Positions 36,165-46,589 of a stretch of 64,000 bases of DNA are shown piece by piece. The notes under the pieces are model-generated. The model did no database searches, had not been told where the DNA came from, and saw only the letters and a program-made list of their open reading frames with translations. The position numbers and the translations under genes were made by a program. This stretch comes from a virus, in the IMG/VR virus record IMGVR_UViG_3300028827_000102, positions 32,001-96,000 of that record. The stretch is one strand, 5' to 3'. Every line of letters starts with the position of its first letter. Within the stretch, counting starts at the first letter, position 1.

Positions 36165-38947
36165 GATTCACACCTCTTGTTATTTGGTTTTTCGCTTTCT
36201 GTCCGTGTAGAAGAACACTCATTACATTCTACTTTCCACGTCTCTTCGTGTTCTACTACGTCATATTGGTCGCCCCAATTTACACCAACAGAAAAATCTG
36301 CAGCAAAAGGCACCTTTGGTTTTATTCCAAACGGTTTGAACAGTTTTGGTGACTCCATTATTCTCCTAGCTATATTGATACATTCTTTTGTATCCTCATA
36401 TGGGACCTCAATCATGATAGAATCATATACAGTATTTATTAACTTCCATTTTTTATCTTTTGCTCTACAATATTCTATAATTTTTGCGCACGCTAACAAA
36501 TTTGTATCAGAAGCCACACCCTGAATGGGGGCATTTCTACAAACACGCGATTCGTAATTATAATGAGAACGTAGGCTTTTATATATATTGTCAGTGTTAT
36601 CCCCAACAAGCAGCCATGAACTGATAATCTTTCTTCTTCCGGTTGGACTTATCACCCTTCCTGTAACAAAGCCAGTTTCTTCGATATAATTTAGCCACTG
36701 TTCTGCTTTAGGGAAACGATCAAAAAATTTACGGATAAATTTCTCTGCCTCAGCGGGTTTTACATTCAACCGAGCGGCCAGACCGATGGTGCTCATTCCA
36801 TACACCAGACCAAAGACAATGGCTTTTGCGGCTTGTCTTTGCTCTGAAGTAACATCTACTATTTCCACACCATTCATCATAGAAGCAGTGTGCCTATGGA
36901 AATCCCCTTCGTATTTCAGCTTATAAGCATTTTCTTTGGATGGGTTTTTAGAATAGTTCACTCTAGCTTTATAAGTCAGATTAAATGCTTTGATAAGATT
37001 TGGATCACCAGTGATTTCTGCCAGCCAGCGCACTTCTGCCTGACTGTAGTCAGCAACTACCAATACATTACCAGGGTCACAGATAAACAACCGTTTTATC
37101 GCTTTTGCAGCTTCAGTCTTTTGTCTAGATGGTATATTTAACATGTTAGGATCACTGGATGACAATCTTCCAGTAATAGTACCAGTAGGATTAAACGACG
37201 GTCTGACCCTTCCATCTTGCATGTCAGGATGCTCATGTATAAATTTATATACAGGTTTTATATACGTACTATGTATTTTCGTAAGTTTTGACCATTCATC
37301 AAACAGCATCACTTCTTGTACATGAGAATACCTAGACTTAAATGCCGAGTCTACTGAAGGCTTGCCGGTCTTTTTGCTTGTATTAACCGGATCCAAACCG
37401 AGAACATCGAAAAACAAAGTTGCTTTACTGTCAGGTTTGTTTATATGGAACAATTTTGGTTTGCTGGCAGACGCAAACAAACTATTGGTGGGTATACCAG
37501 CTTTTTTCAAAAGAATATCATTTGCTTTTATTACAGAAGGCAAAGAATAAAATTCATCTTCCACTTCTTTCATTCTATTGGTTATGGGACTAGTGTCTCC
37601 CATTAAATGACGTATCTGGTCTACATCTACACGTAATCCGTTTACCTCCATAGTAGATAAAACATCTGTTATAGGTCCATGGAGATATAAACCAACAGAA
37701 CTTAGCTTATTGTAATCTTCAAGAGAGGCCCAGATTTTTTGAAATTCATATAGTCTATATGTAACATAACAATCTACAGCATTGTAACGTGCCAATTCAT
37801 GCAAAGGTACGTCTCTTAAACTCCCCTCACTTCTCGCCTCCAATGTATCACCCATCTGCTCGTAACCATAAAAACCAAGATATTCTTTTACAAGTGTTTT
37901 CAAACCATAAGCCTCAGATACAATTCCCTTTCTTTCTTCATTTAAAGCATGGGCTCTAAGCATTGTATCTTCTGTAGGCATACAGATAGGTACACCAAGT
38001 TGTGTGTACGTTATCATTCGCTCGAACTTTAAATTATGAGCAACCAAGGCTTTGAATGATGGGTTTTTTAAAGAAAAGAATTTTTTAAGAAGACGTACTA
38101 CTTCTTTTTTCTCTTTTCCTACCCAAGGTGTTTCATGATGTTCTAACGGAATCACATAACCTATATCACTACACCACGAAAAGCCTAAACACAGAATAGA
38201 ATTATGTACTCTACCAAGGCCGTCTGTTTCATAGTCAAACGCAACTATATCATTCTTTGTTAAACCATTTACCATCTTACCCAAAAGCTTTCTAAGCTTT
38301 GGTATGGTGTCTATCATTACCGCATCTTTGCCTAATTTACTATAATCCGGTAAAGCACCTGTAGCCCTACGTACAGTACGCAAAATATCGTCTTTCCAAA
38401 CAGAGGCGACCGTCGGTTTTCTGTGTACATAAGAAAAATGCCATGTTATTGTGGCGGGGATACCAAAAACAGTATAATCTTTGCCTCTAAGAAAATCTAT
38501 GGGAGCATTGGAATCAATGTCCGAACCGTCTATATTTTTTGCCAGAGACTTGGCAGGGGTGCTTCCTAACAATACGATTCTTTTAGGCTTGAGCTTTTTT
38601 ATATCTCTGGTCAGGTTCTGCCGACATGCAGATATTTCTTCGTTTGTCGGTTTTCTGTCTCTGTGAATATCATTCTTTCTGGTTGCTCTACATCTTATAG
38701 TGTTTCCGATAGCATAGCCTATATTAGGAGCGTACTTTTTTATTAGTCTGCGCAAAATCATGCCGGTCATCCCTACACAAGGACGACCAGAAACATTTTC
38801 TTGCTGTCCTGGGCCTTCAGCAATAAACATTACATCTATTTTTCCGTCTTTATTGGGCTTGTATTCAGTAGAAACTTGCCGAAGGACGGCTTTGTGTTGA
38901 TACAAAGGACAGTCGCAGTTTTTTGCCAGAGATGTTAGTTTTGCCAT
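36056..38947 (-). CDS. polA: Family A DNA polymerase with N-terminal family-4 uracil-DNA-glycosylase domain and 3'-5' exonuclease
   Basis: UDG: CDCPL, EGPGQQE...GRP.VG..G, NTIRCR; exo FDYET, HNLKFE, YNAVD; pol ADYSQAEVR, RQAAKAIVFGLVYG, TVYDS; C-terminal CNEC/CESC. Confidence 0.92.
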   Translation of the reverse strand: MAKLTSLAKNCDCPLYQHKAVLRQVSTEYKPNKDGKIDVMFIAEGPGQQENVSGRPCVGMTGMILRRLIKKYAPNIGYAIGNTIRCRATRKNDIHRDRKPTNEEISACRQNLTRDIKKLKPKRIVLLGSTPAKSLAKNIDGSDIDSNAPIDFLRGKDYTVFGIPATITWHFSYVHRKPTVASVWKDDILRTVRRATGALPDYSKLGKDAVMIDTIPKLRKLLGKMVNGLTKNDIVAFDYETDGLGRVHNSILCLGFSWCSDIGYVIPLEHHETPWVGKEKKEVVRLLKKFFSLKNPSFKALVAHNLKFERMITYTQLGVPICMPTEDTMLRAHALNEERKGIVSEAYGLKTLVKEYLGFYGYEQMGDTLEARSEGSLRDVPLHELARYNAVDCYVTYRLYEFQKIWASLEDYNKLSSVGLYLHGPITDVLSTMEVNGLRVDVDQIRHLMGDTSPITNRMKEVEDEFYSLPSVIKANDILLKKAGIPTNSLFASASKPKLFHINKPDSKATLFFDVLGLDPVNTSKKTGKPSVDSAFKSRYSHVQEVMLFDEWSKLTKIHSTYIKPVYKFIHEHPDMQDGRVRPSFNPTGTITGRLSSSDPNMLNIPSRQKTEAAKAIKRLFICDPGNVLVVADYSQAEVRWLAEITGDPNLIKAFNLTYKARVNYSKNPSKENAYKLKYEGDFHRHTASMMNGVEIVDVTSEQRQAAKAIVFGLVYGMSTIGLAARLNVKPAEAEKFIRKFFDRFPKAEQWLNYIEETGFVTGRVISPTGRRKIISSWLLVGDNTDNIYKSLRSHYNYESRVCRNAPIQGVASDTNLLACAKIIEYCRAKDKKWKLINTVYDSIMIEVPYEDTKECINIARRIMESPKLFKPFGIKPKVPFAADFSVGVNWGDQYDVVEHEETWKVECNECSSTRTESEKPNNKRCESCGSKDVRIKIVEGKIEKLIWQLKRDLKDAGRWIMQ

Positions 38948-39261
38948 TATTTTTTACTAAGCTGTAAAGCTTGTCCTATTGATATACCCGTTTTTGTATA
39001 TTTATTTAGTATACCTGGAGATATGTTTTCCAGAGATGATACATTTCTCGCCAAAAGGGACGTAACTGGACCGGTACAGCCAAATACAGATAAAAAAGAA
39101 GAGAGGGGCAAAAATCCTTGTGCATCTGTTTTTATAGCTAAAACAATTCCGGTGTTTGTCACCTTTGGCCAAAGAATATAGCTGGCACCAGCTCGCTCGA
39201 TTTTTTCGCATTCAGCTGGTTGGCGAGGTAGTTTTAAACTTCTTCCTCTACAACAACCCAT
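38947..39261 (-). CDS. Hypothetical protein
   Basis: TAATG coupling to the polymerase; first gene after a sigma70-type promoter. Confidence 0.55.
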   Translation of the reverse strand: MGCCRGRSLKLPRQPAECEKIERAGASYILWPKVTNTGIVLAIKTDAQGFLPLSSFLSVFGCTGPVTSLLARNVSSLENISPGILNKYTKTGISIGQALQLSKK

Positions 39262-39269
39262 AACTTATG

Positions 39270-39297
39270 ATACTACCAGATAATAATGAGATGTCAA
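39270..39297 (-). promoter_or_regulatory. Host sigma70-type promoter heading the pol-gyr-dcd operon
   Basis: TTGACA-16 nt-TAGTAT with TGn extended -10; ATG lies 8 nt after the -10. Confidence 0.6.
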
Positions 39298-39304
39298 GGA
39301 GTAA

Positions 39305-39745
39305 TCAGATGGAAGGTATACGCTGCCACGGAAAAATGCAATAATAATTGTCAAACCTTCGTTCTTTTACCGGATTGTCGCGTGTGACAGTATATGACTT
39401 ATAGTCACCTAAACCAAATCGAGCGATTACCATTTTTTCTGCTTTAGCAGTATCAAAAGGTTTGCATGAGAAAATATCCATCATTAACAGTTTACGCAAC
39501 GGCCAACAGTGCGCTGATATATGACTTGTAGTTATTGGTGCTATTATACTTATACCACCCTCGTCATTGTATGTATCAATTTCGCTCTGATCATACGGTA
39601 CAGTTTGTATGATAGGTTTACATAGATATTTCATACCTAAAGTAGTAACCAGATCGTCTATAATAGACAACAAACTCTCTTCTACAAACACTTGATCTGA
39701 CTTTACATAACCATCAATCATTAAATGTGTTCCTAGAGTTTTCAT
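39305..39745 (-). CDS. Pyruvoyl-dependent decarboxylase proenzyme of the SpeD fold (divergent)
   Basis: GTHLMIDGY...GGIS...ITTSHISAHCWP...DIFSCKPFD; TSH in place of ESH. Confidence 0.75.
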   Translation of the reverse strand: MKTLGTHLMIDGYVKSDQVFVEESLLSIIDDLVTTLGMKYLCKPIIQTVPYDQSEIDTYNDEGGISIIAPITTSHISAHCWPLRKLLMMDIFSCKPFDTAKAEKMVIARFGLGDYKSYTVTRDNPVKERRFDNYYCIFPWQRIPSI

Positions 39746-39746
39746 T

Positions 39747-40196
39747 TTAATAATCCTCTATCGGCCACTCACTAGTGCCTCCATGTACTACTATGATCGC
39801 ATTTAATGCGTACCTTCCTGACGTCTTATGTTTATTTATCAAATGCCTTTTTATCGGAGTTGGGCATACCCACGGATGCCCAGGTTTGTCTGGTAACATC
39901 ATTAGTACATTATTTCTTCTCACAATAGTAAACGAACCTGGAAACAAAAACAATATTTCTTGTCTTCCATTTTTATATGGTAAAGGTTTTAACGGATTAA
40001 GTACAAATACACCACGTTCAGTTCCATGACCCACTTCCTTTAGAATATCACAATACCACCATTCATTGTGTTTTGGTTGTACTTCTATCCCTTTAGGAAG
40101 TACACCAAGTTTTCCCAGTGTTCTACTAATAAGTTTATTTGAACTTGTCTCTTTATAGTTACGAATGAATTTTACCAGAGTTATCATTTTTATCAA
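39747..40196 (-). CDS. Hypothetical protein
   Basis: 149-aa ORF co-oriented with its neighbours. Confidence 0.55.
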   Translation of the reverse strand: MIKMITLVKFIRNYKETSSNKLISRTLGKLGVLPKGIEVQPKHNEWWYCDILKEVGHGTERGVFVLNPLKPLPYKNGRQEILFLFPGSFTIVRRNNVLMMLPDKPGHPWVCPTPIKRHLINKHKTSGRYALNAIIVVHGGTSEWPIEDY

Positions 40197-40198
40197 AA

Positions 40199-41125
40199 TT
40201 ATGGGTATGGCCAGAAGTTAGCTAACAATCTAGATAGTTTTATTTCTTGTCCTACATCTACACTAAATGTAAGCCTAAGCTCATACGGTTTTCCGCTATC
40301 AAATACTCCACTATTGCTATCAACGGTTATCTGAGCAGACGACCAACCACCAGTAGATGTTATGGGGCTACCACTAATGGTGGTAATATTTAAATCCGTG
40401 TCTCTAAGCTCGACTGACAAACTAGCACCAGATCCTACATCAACATAAAGATCATAAGACACAGGTCTTACGCCAGTGGAATAAAATTGAATATGCTGTA
40501 CAAATGTTTCTGCTCCTACAGGTCCAGCAGCCTTTTTTACAGACTGATATACAACAAAATTTGTAGTATCAAATTGCACATCGCTTGCTGTAATACCTTT
40601 TACCGTGATATTCGCTCCCATAGACGCTGTATCCGAATATGTTCGTGTAAATGGCGCTACGATCTCTACCGGAAGGGTTGATGTAACTTCTGACACATAC
40701 ACTTGTGTCTGCATTTTGGGAGCATTTTGTATATGATCAGAACTAAGGGCAACACCTCCTCCTGGATGTCTGATCCATCCAAGAATGACACCATTAGATA
40801 CATCTGTCAAGATGCCTGTGCTCACATGATACTCAACTGGAGCACCACCAAATATTTCTACATTATCGTGAGTAGCATAGACTGTATAATCAGTGGCTGT
40901 GCTAGGTGGAGTAAATGTACCACCAATTTCTCGCACATCTGTTTCGTACCATACTATACCATTATGCTGTACCCCGTAACCAGTAGACAGTTCTATATTT
41001 CCAGAAGCATTTACACCTAGATCAAAGCCACGATATACACCTTTTGATGCTATAGTGTATCTGGCTGCATTGTCTAACGTTGCTTCTACTACCGCTCCGT
41101 AGTTATATACACGTTGTTGTGCCAT
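40199..41125 (-). CDS. Putative tail/baseplate protein
   Basis: Beta-rich G/T/S/V composition; GVYRGF..V pattern of tail-fibre N-termini. Confidence 0.55.
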   Translation of the reverse strand: MAQQRVYNYGAVVEATLDNAARYTIASKGVYRGFDLGVNASGNIELSTGYGVQHNGIVWYETDVREIGGTFTPPSTATDYTVYATHDNVEIFGGAPVEYHVSTGILTDVSNGVILGWIRHPGGGVALSSDHIQNAPKMQTQVYVSEVTSTLPVEIVAPFTRTYSDTASMGANITVKGITASDVQFDTTNFVVYQSVKKAAGPVGAETFVQHIQFYSTGVRPVSYDLYVDVGSGASLSVELRDTDLNITTISGSPITSTGGWSSAQITVDSNSGVFDSGKPYELRLTFSVDVGQEIKLSRLLANFWPYP

Positions 41126-41134
41126 AATATCACC

Positions 41135-43348
41135 TTATCCATACAAAGCCATACCGTTGGCTCTTCCAGGATAAAAATATACACGTACTTTTTCAGGTAC
41201 GTATGTTATAGACGTTTCAAATGTTCTATTTACCCCAGACACAGCAAACATGTCGTGAGCATTCCAAGATGAACCATCATACGCCAACAGTTTTGGTACA
41301 TTCTTGTACCATGTATCTACAGTATCATTCTCCCCAAATAAACTTAATCGCCACACTTTTCCAGAACCAGAAAATACAGGGAATGTTATTGAACGATAGA
41401 AACCATGTACACCATGACGAAGTTTGGTCATACCTAAAGTAGAGAACTCTTTTGTATAGCTAACATATGTCTTTATATCGTTAGCTATTTCTTCATATGT
41501 TAACAAGCTATGGTACTTTGGAGCCCTAAAATCGTCTACAAATAATGTAGCATTGCCTCCAGCTGCCAGTTTAAACAAATACTTATAAGAATCTATTGTT
41601 AAATCAGAATTTATAAAATCTTTTATTGTTGTAGTTATGATCCTTTTATCGAATACTGTAGACATTCGCGTACCGTCCCAATCTACGGTAGCGATATGAG
41701 CCGCGTTTTTTAGTTTGCTGTATGGGTTATATGGCGTATTCGCCATCCATACCATAATAGCAGAATTGGGACCATCATCGGTACGCTGAAGAATAGATAT
41801 ATCTGTTAGAGTAGCAAATACCTTTGTGCCAAATCTAACAGAATCAGAAACAAGAGATGGTACCATGGGAACAGGAGAAGGATTAGTCCACTCAGATTGC
41901 TTAAAGTAAAATTCTTCTTCTATATTTGTACCACTAGTATCTGTTCCTCTTATCTTTATCTTTACTTCCATAGTGGAAGCAGAAGATGCTTCCACCAGAC
42001 CGACTATTAACCTAGCCTCACCATAAGGAGTTATAGAAAATGAATCTGTGGTACCAATATCGTCCAATTTTTTTCTACAATAAACTACTTGTGGTGTTTT
42101 TAATATATTCCCATCACCATCTATTAGTATATCATAGCGCATCGGAAACATTCCAGCATCAGAAAATGTTTCCTCTGTTACATTTAATTGTGTGTGTCCT
42201 TGTCCGCCTGCAATAACCAGCTCACCTTCTCCAGGACCTTCAATAGTGAAATTTATATTTCCAGACAATGGCGGTTCTGCTGCTTGTGCTCTTGTATATT
42301 TAACAGTTATTGTATCTCCAACTGGTGGTGTTTCAGTAGGGAAGACTATCCTATTTGTTTCTGGTACATGTAACCCCGCTAACTCAACACCCGAATTTGT
42401 CCATACTCTTCCCACACGTACTGGAAAATAAGGTAATTCTATGTACGATGCGTTTGCATAACCTGTAAGAGTGCCTATAGCATCATCCGTAAATACATCC
42501 GTAACAGCAGAAGTACAAAGAAAACCAGGAACCCTGGCAACATTTTTATCTTTTGATATTATTATTCCATGATCTAAATACAGATCAAACATGGTCAGAT
42601 CGCCAATAATCAAATCATCTGGACCTATACCATGCGGATTACTATCCGATACAGTACCGGTGCCTGTTTTATTTCTATGCTCTATATCAACAGAAGAGAA
42701 CCACGGTCTATTAAAATCATAACTGTTTCTAGTGTGATCTATTGATAATTCCGTACTAGTAGTACCTGTACCACTATCAACAACAGTCTGAGACGTAACT
42801 ATAGCCAAGGAACAGTATTCTTCTTTGGTAGAAGAAGACAGTGCGTTCCATGCGTCTACTGTCATGGAACCAACCAAAACAGTTTCAGAGGATACTGTAC
42901 CTTCATTATTTGGATCACCAAATCTATAAGTATAAGGCACAGAAATAGTTTGTTTGTAGTAATTTGGTACAGGATCACCACTAGCCAACAAAAATCTGAT
43001 ATAAATAACGTTTGGAATACCTATAGACGGATCTGACAGTTCTATTCCTCTTACTGTATCGTGTAGTTCTAAATATGATCCTGATTGAAACACAACAATA
43101 CCAGGATTGATATCAACTGTGGTGCTATCAACAAGATTAACTGACACAGCTAAAGGCGACGAACTTCCTGCAGAATGTCCAGATGGATCGTCTGATGACA
43201 CTATACCATATGATGAGCTTGTTATATTGGGATGACCAAACAACAGCTTTCTAGTAGTAATTATTTCGTCTTCGATATAGTCCTGTTGCCGCATCAGCCT
43301 ATCGGCAGAATGGGTTACTGTAAAACTTAATCCTGGTATCTTATTCAT
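41135..43348 (-). CDS. Putative baseplate/tail protein
   Basis: 737 aa, S/T/D/G-rich; DIEHR...GTGTVSDSNPHG motif. Confidence 0.55.
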   Translation of the reverse strand: MNKIPGLSFTVTHSADRLMRQQDYIEDEIITTRKLLFGHPNITSSSYGIVSSDDPSGHSAGSSSPLAVSVNLVDSTTVDINPGIVVFQSGSYLELHDTVRGIELSDPSIGIPNVIYIRFLLASGDPVPNYYKQTISVPYTYRFGDPNNEGTVSSETVLVGSMTVDAWNALSSSTKEEYCSLAIVTSQTVVDSGTGTTSTELSIDHTRNSYDFNRPWFSSVDIEHRNKTGTGTVSDSNPHGIGPDDLIIGDLTMFDLYLDHGIIISKDKNVARVPGFLCTSAVTDVFTDDAIGTLTGYANASYIELPYFPVRVGRVWTNSGVELAGLHVPETNRIVFPTETPPVGDTITVKYTRAQAAEPPLSGNINFTIEGPGEGELVIAGGQGHTQLNVTEETFSDAGMFPMRYDILIDGDGNILKTPQVVYCRKKLDDIGTTDSFSITPYGEARLIVGLVEASSASTMEVKIKIRGTDTSGTNIEEEFYFKQSEWTNPSPVPMVPSLVSDSVRFGTKVFATLTDISILQRTDDGPNSAIMVWMANTPYNPYSKLKNAAHIATVDWDGTRMSTVFDKRIITTTIKDFINSDLTIDSYKYLFKLAAGGNATLFVDDFRAPKYHSLLTYEEIANDIKTYVSYTKEFSTLGMTKLRHGVHGFYRSITFPVFSGSGKVWRLSLFGENDTVDTWYKNVPKLLAYDGSSWNAHDMFAVSGVNRTFETSITYVPEKVRVYFYPGRANGMALYG

Positions 43349-43351
43349 TTA

Positions 43352-45445
43352 TCATAACCTCATATGACCTGTATTCATACCTATTCCTTTGTCTAAATAG
43401 GTTTTCAGGTCGTCCAATGACGGAAACAACGGCTTTAGTATTAAAGTGCTAGAAGCAAAGTTTCTCTCGCCAAATACCCTGGCAACATATGAATGCTGTA
43501 TAGCAGACACTCTATCACCATTAATGGTCCAATCATACAGATACACTTTTGTATTAGGTGTACCATTTATCAAAATATCTATACGCTCTACATTACTGTC
43601 GGTTGGAGATAAAATCACTGGTATTGATACAGTAGAACCGCCGGATACAGTATAATCGCTGAAATCATTTGGAAACAGTCTAACTCTTATGGTTATATCT
43701 TGATCTGGAGAAACACGGAAATTCCACTGAGCGCCACCAGAACCGCCTGACATACCACTAACAACAAAGCCAGAATTCGCTACCGACTCTACTATTGGAA
43801 TGTTTCCAAGTGTTCCTTTATCGCCGCTCACCAGATTTACAGACGGTGCTATTCCAGGCCATTCAGCAGATATATTCAATTTACTGCTATTTATAGCAGC
43901 AGCCGTGAATTTCGCTACGTCCAAGTCAGAAGAAGAAGTACTTATATCAACAGTAATTACAGCTTCTGTTCCACCAATAAATTGTTGTGTTATTGATAAA
44001 GCGGAACTGGATACTATAATGGTTGTATTGCCTCTTTGACTTATATTGTCGTTAGTTAAACCTAGAACTGGCCCTACGTTATTTGCTGTTATCTGTAACG
44101 TAGATACAGCATTGATAGCTTGTTCCATTGCTATAGCCACATCTGTAGTCAATACTGATGTGGTTATATCTACCGTTTTATATGACACATCTGAAGGAGA
44201 GAAACTGCCAGTACGTTTAAACTCAAAAGTAACTACAGAACCAAAACCATCATCCAACGTAAATGTATCATTGTCTGATGGTATTCCTGTAACAGTTATT
44301 TCTCCGGTTGCTGCTGCAGAAGCTATAGGAGTATAACTAGCATCTACTTTGTAGTCAAAAATGATACTATCGTAAGCGTCTGACAACTTAAAATAATCGT
44401 TATTTACCATCAATGATGGGTCTATACATATTATATAGCCTTTAGCATATGTATAAGGAACTTCTACTTTTGGAATACATGTATATTTAAACCACCAATT
44501 TCCATCATCATCTAATTCAGCCACGGCTGCTTTTTTAGAATTGTCGTAATTTATAGTACCAGAAACTTTGTCCCAAAAAAGCAGCTGATCCGCTCTTATG
44601 GGTACATGCAAAACTTGATGGTTTTTATTTACTGTTATAGGAGTATTTACAGGCAACAATGCACTATTATACTCCTGAATTGTCTGCACTTCTGTTATAT
44701 CCAACCCAGCCAATAAATTTCCGGAGATCCAATCTACTAAAAACGGACCAACTAGAGGAAAGTCTGAACCGACTGTAGGTATATGTAGTATATTTGAAAA
44801 ATATGCTGGATACGCTATTAGTTGTATTTCTTCTTCGTCTTCCAAATCTCTGTGGATTGGATTATTAAGAGTGATCTGATACTGTATGGTGTTGCCAGAG
44901 GAACCTGTTTGTGTTATTTCTTCTACTATATATTCTACAAAAAACGTATCTAAATCTTCTGATGAGGATATACCTATTACATCACCCACTGTCATTTTAT
45001 ATGGTGTATCTACATTTATAATGGTTTTACCTGAAACATAATTCCCTTCTACTATTATAGAACTGCTATAATGATATACTAATTGTCCTTGTGGATGATC
45101 TGCCAACAATACATCACTAATTATGATTGTAGAATCGACTACATCTGTTACTTTATGCAGTTCTGTGTTTCCGACTTTTATGTAACCACCACTAGAAATC
45201 CATTGTGAATATCTATCCACTTCTATCTGATTGGTACCATACACCGCATCAGAAGCAAGCGTATACATATTATCTGGAGCTATTAATGGCATTATATAGC
45301 CGACTTTTTTGGCAAATCTAACAGTACCAGTAGCAAACTGATCGATGGGATGTATTGTCCCCCTTGGCATTATACGTACAGACGTACCAAGTGTTAATGT
45401 TTTGTTTACGATACGCTCTATACGAGTGAGTATATTATCTTTCAT
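43352..45445 (-). CDS. Putative tail-associated protein with nested duplicated domain
   Basis: 697 aa beta-rich; internal repeat described in findings. Confidence 0.55.
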   Translation of the reverse strand: MKDNILTRIERIVNKTLTLGTSVRIMPRGTIHPIDQFATGTVRFAKKVGYIMPLIAPDNMYTLASDAVYGTNQIEVDRYSQWISSGGYIKVGNTELHKVTDVVDSTIIISDVLLADHPQGQLVYHYSSSIIVEGNYVSGKTIINVDTPYKMTVGDVIGISSSEDLDTFFVEYIVEEITQTGSSGNTIQYQITLNNPIHRDLEDEEEIQLIAYPAYFSNILHIPTVGSDFPLVGPFLVDWISGNLLAGLDITEVQTIQEYNSALLPVNTPITVNKNHQVLHVPIRADQLLFWDKVSGTINYDNSKKAAVAELDDDGNWWFKYTCIPKVEVPYTYAKGYIICIDPSLMVNNDYFKLSDAYDSIIFDYKVDASYTPIASAAATGEITVTGIPSDNDTFTLDDGFGSVVTFEFKRTGSFSPSDVSYKTVDITTSVLTTDVAIAMEQAINAVSTLQITANNVGPVLGLTNDNISQRGNTTIIVSSSALSITQQFIGGTEAVITVDISTSSSDLDVAKFTAAAINSSKLNISAEWPGIAPSVNLVSGDKGTLGNIPIVESVANSGFVVSGMSGGSGGAQWNFRVSPDQDITIRVRLFPNDFSDYTVSGGSTVSIPVILSPTDSNVERIDILINGTPNTKVYLYDWTINGDRVSAIQHSYVARVFGERNFASSTLILKPLFPSLDDLKTYLDKGIGMNTGHMRL

Positions 45446-45884
45446 TATTTTCTAGCTTTATTAAAAGTAGATTAAATACATACACACAAGTTGCTACAAA
45501 TAAATCTACTACTAACACAAAAAGTGTTATCTCCCACCAAGCACGAAATATTATATTTCTAAGTACACCATTACCAGTAACGTCAAAAGCTATGTCTACT
45601 ATTAATATAGATATTACGCCTAACCATACAGATAAGCAAAAATAACACCCAAATAGCATACGTATATATTCATTTTGCAGCAGCTTCTGTCTGATTTTAA
45701 ATATTCCTGTTCTATCTCTTTTTAGGAATTCGTTCAAGGCTTTGTCATTTTCTCCAAAATATTTGGTAGTTAATGTATCAATACCAAATATGTGGGCGTC
45801 AGATACTAAAAAGCATAGAGCCCAACAAACTCCTATAGTTACCCCAACAAATAACACTAATGTTGTTAATGGCATATCTGACAC
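45435..45884 (-). CDS. Membrane protein, DUF1360-like
   Basis: Three hydrophobic helices; GCYFCLSVW. Confidence 0.5.
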   Translation of the reverse strand: MSDMPLTTLVLFVGVTIGVCWALCFLVSDAHIFGIDTLTTKYFGENDKALNEFLKRDRTGIFKIRQKLLQNEYIRMLFGCYFCLSVWLGVISILIVDIAFDVTGNGVLRNIIFRAWWEITLFVLVVDLFVATCVYVFNLLLIKLENNER

Positions 45885-46078
45885 TAATGAACAAAACCGG
45901 TATTGTTGTCGCTATTAGATGTTATTATATCATTTACTGTGTCAACCACAGCTGTAAATTGTTCTAATGACATTCGTACTATTACGCCATAATCGTCTTT
46001 TATTTCTATAGTGTTGTCGTTTATCCTAACTTCAGGACAAGCAGACGCCCTGCCTCTACAACAAGAAGTCCACATCAT
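45884..46078 (-). CDS. Small Cys-containing protein
   Basis: CC....CPEV...IKDDYG; tightly packed in the operon. Confidence 0.5.
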   Translation of the reverse strand: MMWTSCCRGRASACPEVRINDNTIEIKDDYGVIVRMSLEQFTAVVDTVNDIITSNSDNNTGFVH

Positions 46079-46079
46079 A

Positions 46080-46589
46080 TTACCTCGTTGTGGTGGAAGT
46101 ATTTAACGATTTCCCACCTGTAAGAATATACATTACACCAGTCACTATACCCATACCAACAACAGCTCCAATCGAAAAGAACAAAGCGGGCCCATGTTTA
46201 TCCATCCAACTACGTTTAGCCTTCTCTGCTAAATTTCTATAAGTAGCTTCTCTTATTATTCTATTAGTTTTGTTTCTTAATATCTCCGCATCTAACTCAT
46301 TTCTAAGTCTATCTCTTTCAGCTTCTATCGCCTTCAAACATGTGGCTCTGTCTGTAGTAAACAATAAACCAGTATATGGTACATTTGTACCCTTTTTCAA
46401 AACAATCGGCTTATCATCACATTTTAACCCAAGACGAACCTCTGCTTTAGGTTGAATAAATGGGGCCTCTTTAATAGCCTGTTTACGTGCTTCTTCGTAG
46501 GTAGGAATTTTATTTGTTTTTATGCCACCAGCACAACCAGCGCTAAAACATATCAGCAAGACGCTTAGCTCTCTCTTCTTCATCATCAA
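46080..46589 (-). CDS. Lipoprotein with C-terminal TM helix; spanin candidate
   Basis: LLICFSAGC lipobox, coiled coil, C-terminal hydrophobic helix; overlaps the upstream TM gene by 47 nt. Confidence 0.55.
   Translation of the reverse strand: MMMKKRELSVLLICFSAGCAGGIKTNKIPTYEEARKQAIKEAPFIQPKAEVRLGLKCDDKPIVLKKGTNVPYTGLLFTTDRATCLKAIEAERDRLRNELDAEILRNKTNRIIREATYRNLAEKAKRSWMDKHGPALFFSIGAVVGMGIVTGVMYILTGGKSLNTSTTTR

Noticed and set aside
38947-46078. CCRGR near the N-terminus of two small proteins (38947..39261 and 45884..46078)
   Set aside because: Five-residue match with no further similarity; could be chance
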